From positions 124,001-188,000 of the forward strand of contig MEDY01000012.1 of assembly GCA_001724265.1 (NCBI GenBank): 64,000 nt of DNA, written 5' to 3'. Each line of letters starts with the position of its first letter. Position 1 is the first letter of the stretch. The translations under genes were made by a program, and so were the position numbers. Shown here piece after piece: positions 57,701 to 64,000 of the stretch. Under the pieces are notes generated by a model. That model searched no databases, was not told the DNA's origin, and was given only the letters and a program-made list of their open reading frames with translations. Source of the DNA: Rhizaria sp. SCN 62-66 (taxonomy: Eukaryota).

Positions 57701-60700
57701 GACTCAGCGTTGCCTTCATCAATTGTACTCATGCTGTTGCTACGCGCTCCCTTGTTAGAAGAGCGATTGATGCCATTTGCTTCGTTATTGTTGTTCGCGC
57801 GTGAAGTCGTGACCACGTTGCCATTGCTGTTGACGGAGTTGGCAGCGTCACTTTGGGTGTCATTACCCTCATCATGCTCGTCGCTTTGGCTGGAACACCA
57901 CGAATGAGGCATGACGGTATGCAGCCAGTGACACACACCAAGTCCGCTCTTACCCTTTCCGCTGCCATTACCCAGCGAGGACGGCGAGCCCTTTGGCTGG
58001 TATGAGGCACTTGCCCCAGCGTCAAGACTATCGAGGATGTTGCTGTTGTTTGAGGTCGCGAGCAGCTCGAGGTACTTCGCGTGGCGATACTTGGACTCCA
58101 GCGCCTTCGAGATCTGCACACCCTTGCTCAGGCCAACGCGAGCATTCACAGACACACTCATGTTGTTTGTGTTATTATGGCTCCTGCTAGTCGCGATGGC
58201 AATGAGAGCCGTCGCTACCGCGCGCGCTCCCACCGTAGCCGCCGCAGCGCCCGCGCGCGCCGCCGCGTTGGCCCTGGTGTCGACGGCCCGCGCAGTGCCG
58301 CGCGGCTGCGCGGTCGTCGCCGGGTGCAGCAGCAGCAGCTCCACGGTGGGGGGCGGGCGGCGGAGCGCGGGCGTAACAGTGAGCAGCGAGAGCGAGTGGC
58401 TGAGCGTGGACGCGAGGATAAGCGCGGCGTGGCCGTGGGCAGAGTGAGTGCTGTGGTGCAGCTTGTGGACGAGGTGAGGACTAGAGGCGCTCGTGGGGCA
58501 GCTGTGGAGTGACGGCGCCGTGACTGAGACTGAGGCCGCAGCGTTGATGCGCGACCACAGTCGCTTCTCAGCCACACTCATGCAATACCGAGACACCGAT
58601 GCAGTTGCCAACGGATCTTCATTTAAGTTTGCGTTGTTTGCGTTGTTGCTGCCGCCGCCTTGAGATGAAGATGAAGGGGTTGGTGTGGACTGTGTGATGA
58701 TGACGCGGTGCGAGAGCGACGTCACGACAGCATCCCACACGCAACCCCACTCACGGTCACAGTCGGTCGCTATCGTTGCAGAACCAGTCCCAGAGAGTTC
58801 ACCGTCAGCGACGCAGATCAAAAAGTCAAGCCGCGACTCAAGCCGCGACAACCAAGCCGCGATCTCGATTGCAACATGAGCGTTGTTGTTACAGCGCGCA
58901 GGTGTAATCGAGGACAAGCACCGGCGCGCGTCGCGCGCAGTGACAACAGCCGCAGCAGCGTCGGCATGCGTGCGCAACGAGTGCGCAAGCAGCAGAGCGG
59001 ACGCGCGTGCGGCGGCGACGGGCGAGGACGCAATGCTGCCAGTATCAAAGCCGCTGACATTAGTGGCGGCTGGAGCATTGCAGTCAGCAACAGCAGCAGC
59101 AGTGTTGGCCGCACCATTGTTTCCCGTCGAGTTGGCTGCATTTGCAGGGACAACCGTGACAAACTGCGCGCAGTGACCACGAGCATTGATACCAACATTG
59201 TTACCTGTACTCTGAGCACTGTACCCATAATTGTTACTCTTGCTGTCACTCATTGTCATAGAAGCAACCGCGCACACGGCTGCTGTAACACTATCACACC
59301 CAATACGGCCGAGCTTCCCGTCGCGACCCAGCTTCAGGCCCAGGCACGCGCCGCCCATGCCCGCGACCGCGCCGGCGTCCAGACCGCCGAGAGCAGCGGC
59401 ACGGGCCGAGGGGGCGGCGTCTCTACCTGCAGCCGCCGTGGCCGCGGCGGATGACAGCGCAAGAAGGGCCGGCGCAGGGGTGGCAAGGGCGAGAGCAGCG
59501 GAGGCGGAGGCAGTGACGGCACGCGTGTGCGACACAGCACATTGCGCAACAAGGCCAAGACCGCCAGCGTTAACATTCGCGCAATGTGCGGTGGTGCTGC
59601 CGCTGCGACGAGGAGTGGCTTGGAGCAGTGCCTGCAGCCGCGTATACACGAACGCAGGAACCGTGACCACTTCGCTCGGCCTCGTGGGCACAAGCTCCAG
59701 GCAAGAGCCCCAGACCGTGGTCGGCACAGCCAGCACAGCAAAAGCATTCGCCGTCGTAAGCGCGGTGTCAGAGAGCGCAAACGCAAGCGGCAGCGGCACA
59801 CACGCGCCGGCGGTAACACATAGCGGAAGCCGCCTCGGCCTCGGCCTGTTGCCAGGCTCTCCGTCGCCCCCACACTGCGACTGCAAGCTCGTATATGCCG
59901 CAACGCCAGCCGTTGTGAAGTGGCTCTGAACATTGTCACTGTCGATGCTAGCGCCGTCAAGCGCAGGCACTGTAATGGGCTCCAGCATGGTCGGCATGGC
60001 GACAGCGAGCACCGGCACCGGCGGCGCAGTGGCGTCGTCGGCGCTCACGCTGTGGCGACGACTGCGGCTCCGGCGGCGATTGCTGCTGCCGAAGCTGCAA
60101 TTTGTGCTGATAGCACTCACGTTGGTGTTGGCATTGGCTTCAGCCGCAGTGTCAGTGCCCGTGCTGTTGACCGTGCTGGTCGTGCGAGCTGCTTCGTCTA
60201 ACGGCTCACCCGCACCGCCTTCGATGTCAAAGATAAGGTCTTCGTCAGTGCCCAGTCCGACTGAGCTGCACCCGCCGGCGACAGCGACTGTGCGATCGCT
60301 CACAGCCACATCGGGCCTGGCGTTGCCGTTGCTGTTGCTGTGGGAGAACGCGAACGGCGAGCGCTTGCGCGGCACGAGGGGCCGTGCTGGGGGAATCACC
60401 GTTGCGCTCACGGTCACGGCGGTATTGGCGACCGCGCTGACAGCGACGCTGCCAGCTGGCGCGCTGTAGTTGCTATCCCCGCCTTCAGCGTTGTTGTTGT
60501 TCGCAGCAACAACAATAGCGGCCGCGGCAGCAGTGAGCGCCTCCTGAGCCTTCTCCGCAGCCACGGTCAGTGCGGACGCCGAGGCCGCGGCGCGCTGCAG
60601 CCGGCCGCGCACGACTGCGAGCGCAAGAGACGAGGCGAGCTCAGGCGGCGCGTACACATGCTGCGACGGCGACGACGGTGCGCGCGCAGATTGCGAATGT

Positions 60701-63700
60701 AACTGTGACTGCTGGTGTGCAGTGCCAAGGTTGTTGCCGTGCGTGACTGTGAGGTTGATCTGAGGAGCAGAAGCAGGGTGCGGCGGGAACAAAGGTGGCA
60801 AAAAGGACAGCTTTGATAGGTTAAGACGGCGATCAAATCCATCGTCACTCTCGTGCTCAGACTGGCTACTAGCATCAGCAGCGGCAAGCGAGTTCGTGAT
60901 TGTGAACGCACTCGTTGCCGTCGGCACAACAGACAATCCGAGCGACTCCACCGCGACGAGTGAAGGTAACAGCGCACGCGCGCTCGCACGCAACACACGT
61001 TTGGGTAACTCTGCAATCGCGCGTCCTGGAAGACAGTTTAAGCCGACGCCACGGTCCGCGTCGTCACTAGTGTTGATGTCGTCGAGGGTGATCCATGCGA
61101 CAACTGTAGGCTCCCACTTCAAGGTTTGAGCACCAGGCTCAGCCGCGGGGCTTTGCAGCGAGGCACACAAGCCAAGATAGCCGTGACCAGCGCTCGGGCT
61201 GCAGTCAACAGAGTCGTTATGGTCATTGTGATGAGGAGACTGCACAGCAAGGGCGAAAACATTGCCGTAACAACCCTGTTGCTGTTGCTGCTCGTGCGCC
61301 TCCACCGCAGTTGCCCCGGAAGCAGCAGCCAAGGCGCCAACCACGTCACCGGCGCTCACCGTTGCTGTAGCCGTGTTGCGCACGTTGTTGCCCGAGAGAT
61401 GGCCAGATAGCACGACGTAGTAGCCGTACAGCGGCGCCTCGTCGACAGCGTCTTTGAAGCAGGCCGCGTCATCGCCACTGATTCCATCACAACTGAAGTC
61501 ATTCAACTTAGCATTGTTGTTGCTAATGACGCCATCGTCGCAGTCTGCCGAGTTAAGCAACGTTTGCACGGTCACAACACCCGCATCACTAGTTGTGTGG
61601 AGGCCGCTGCAGTGTAGCTTCTCTGTCTGGGTACTATGGCGGTGTGCAGCAGTCGAGTTGCGCAGCAAGCGAGCCTTCGCAGGCGCGAGCAGAGCGCGCG
61701 TCGGCACGGGCAGGGGAGCGCCAGGGGGGAGATACATAAAATGCAAACCAGGGTTTACTGAGAGTGACGTAGTTCCTAAAGCAGATTTGGACTCATCAGA
61801 ATCAATAGCGCTGTTTGTGGTTGACAAAAGACCAATCGTGGCCTCGTTGGGAAGAATCGAACAATCATACGAGCTGTCGACGCAGGTGTTCACGCAAAGC
61901 GCGTCGCAAGCGTTATCCGTCTCGGTCTTAGCAGACTCGTCTTCTGACTTGGCTTCGGTCTCCGTATCCACCACTGATTCTTTACTGGTGTCGGACTCGG
62001 CGTTTGAGCGCGCCACGTACAGAGTAGGACAGCCTTGTCGCACCCATGCACACGCTGCACGCGATAGCACTGCAACGTCACCGACCTCCTCGTCTCGCTG
62101 CTCAGCCGCAGCCGCATTCGTGCAGCTTGCACTGACCAAAGCGTCAGCTGCAGTTATGGCGGCAGCAGTAGCGGCATCACCGAGTGCGATGCGCGCACCG
62201 GCCGTGAGAATGCGCCAGTGTGACGCGACACATGAGCGGTAAAACAGAGATGCGTGACGCAGGTTCTCCTTGTTGTTCACGCTTGCGTCGTTAGCATGCG
62301 CGAGAGATGCAACAGCGGCGCGCAAGACACGTGGAGGGATACAGAGGACCACGGCGGCAACGGCAGTGTTGCTCGCCCCAGAACCGCTGTTATCACCACC
62401 GTCGACGATGCACGGGTTGAACCCGCGAATGCACATCGCACTCGCACTATTCACAACACTTGCGTCGTCAATGTGCGCGAAAGCTGCGGCCACTGCAGAT
62501 ACGTTGAGAGCTGTGCCAGCGCCGTAGACTGGCGCAGTGTCCCACTCATGCTCCGTGTGCGTACTGCTTGCGCTCACGCTAGCGCTCACACTGTCGCTGA
62601 ACTTGCTGCGTACGTAGCCATTCAGCACAACCACAAAGCCGTGGTTGGACTCGTCGTTCTTGCCGTTTGTGAGCATCTGCCCGTGGGAAAGTGGTTTGAC
62701 CTCAGCACCGGAGAGCAACACCTCAACAAAGCTACCACGACCACTAGCGGTACCACAGTCACTTAGGTTGTTGGTACGACCAGCAAGAAGGTTAAGAGTC
62801 GCCCTGACAATCACTTCCTCCTCGGTGAATTGAAGCGCACCACGAGCATTCTTAGATGAGTTCACATCCACTGACTCCTTAGCGGCGGTCTCGGTGAGTG
62901 CATGTGCAATCGACGGGAAGATCTGTGCCATGATACGCGCCTTGGCAGTTTGTGCAGCAGGGTGAGAACTTGCTGCAGCAGCAAGCTCTCGCTCGGTCTC
63001 TTCCTCCGCTTGCGCCGCGGCTTCAGCTTTGGCGTTTGCCTCGGCAGTGACGGCAGCAGCAGCAGCTGTGGCAGCATCAACAGCATTGCTGACATCAGCG
63101 AGCTTGATCTTGCTCTCAACCTTCATCTTAGGCGTCGTCTTAACCGCTCCACCACGGCGGCGCGCGCGCAGTCCTTGCTGCTGTGCCTCGAAAGGACTAC
63201 TTTGATCGGTAGCGACATAGGTCAAGTCTCCAGTGGTGAGACTGCTAATGTCGCTCTCGTTGCCGCTCACGTCCCCGTCGAGCTCAACGTCAGCAGCGAT
63301 GTTCGCCACGTTGCCTGCGCGCGGGTGCCGCAGTTGTGTGGCGTTTCTGGGCGACACGGTGAGCGACTGCGGAACCGACTGATGGCTCTTCGGTGACTGC
63401 GACTCTGTCGCACGCGATTGGGGACTGGTGAAGCCGGATTCCGTGCCGCCGATGGTGACAACACCGTCTTGGCCGTCGATCTCAACATCGCCCCGTTGCT
63501 GTTCACTAATCGTCGCTCGCGCAGCGTTGCCCTTCAGACTCATCCCAGCGGTGTCATCATCCGAGTATGCAGCATCATGATCGCTATCAACATCGCTGCC
63601 GCTTGTACTTGTGCTGTCGCTGCTCCACGTATCTTCCTCTTCGTCTTCGTCACTCACAACGTCATCTGTACCCAGCACCTTGCTGCCCTTCGCTTTGCCC

Positions 63701-64000
63701 CGCCGCCCAGCCCGAACACGAGTCGCATCGCTGCTCATCGCAGCGTACTGGGTCCCTTCTGGGTCTGAGTCGTCTCCGTCCTCGGCGTCCTCCTCGAGGT
63801 TGAGACGCGCCTGCTCTGCGTCCGCAGCGGCGACGAGCGCTGCCGCTGCGGTGGCCGGGCTGGGCAGCTGCGGCAGTTGCGGCAGCGCCATGGATAGTGA
63901 CAGCTCAAGCGTCACTGGCGACGGCGACATCTCGCCCTGTGACTGCATCAGCAGTGAGTCATCCTCCTCCTCGTCATCGTCACAATTGACACTCTTTGAC
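54768..64000 (-). CDS. NTE1/PNPLA6-7-like patatin phospholipase with degenerate cNMP-binding domains; 5' end beyond window
   Basis: Frame stays open to the window edge; exons >64000-56161 and 56027-54768 (TAA). WGRLARH..VGLVLSGGGARGMAHLG, GTSQG nucleophile (57175-57189), VHTR|GSLWRAVRASMSL, LADGGFADNLP, LYIRP. Upstream YYVVLSGHL..AGDVVG, AWLSRLE and ELLLLHP match NTE architecture. Confidence 0.88.

Overview
Gene-dense, intron-containing nuclear DNA of a eukaryotic microbe (GC-rich exons, AT-richer GT-AG introns of about 130-210 nt, donors mostly GTACGT). I model 18 protein-coding genes, two running off the window edges: an Rdx-domain/Dispatched-like fusion, a 57-aa Cys-rich microprotein, a degenerate mitochondrial-type aconitase, an arginyl-tRNA synthetase with an inserted OB-fold, a tandem-FYVE protein, four tandem secreted group XII-like phospholipases A2, PP2A B55, a type I membrane protein, a 3149-aa orphan, AKTIP, RFC3, RWDD1/Gir2, a Ubc4/5-family E2, a Tim44-domain protein and an NTE/PNPLA6-like patatin. 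Main result: three genes carry an in-frame TAG followed by coding-like or clearly homologous sequence (9797-9799, 17753-17755, 22638-22640), while the other 16 termini in the window are all TAA or TGA. This points to a variant nuclear genetic code in which UAG alone is a rare sense codon, most likely Leu. No rRNA, tRNA, CRISPR or transposon was recognised. All family calls come from motif recognition by eye, not database searches.
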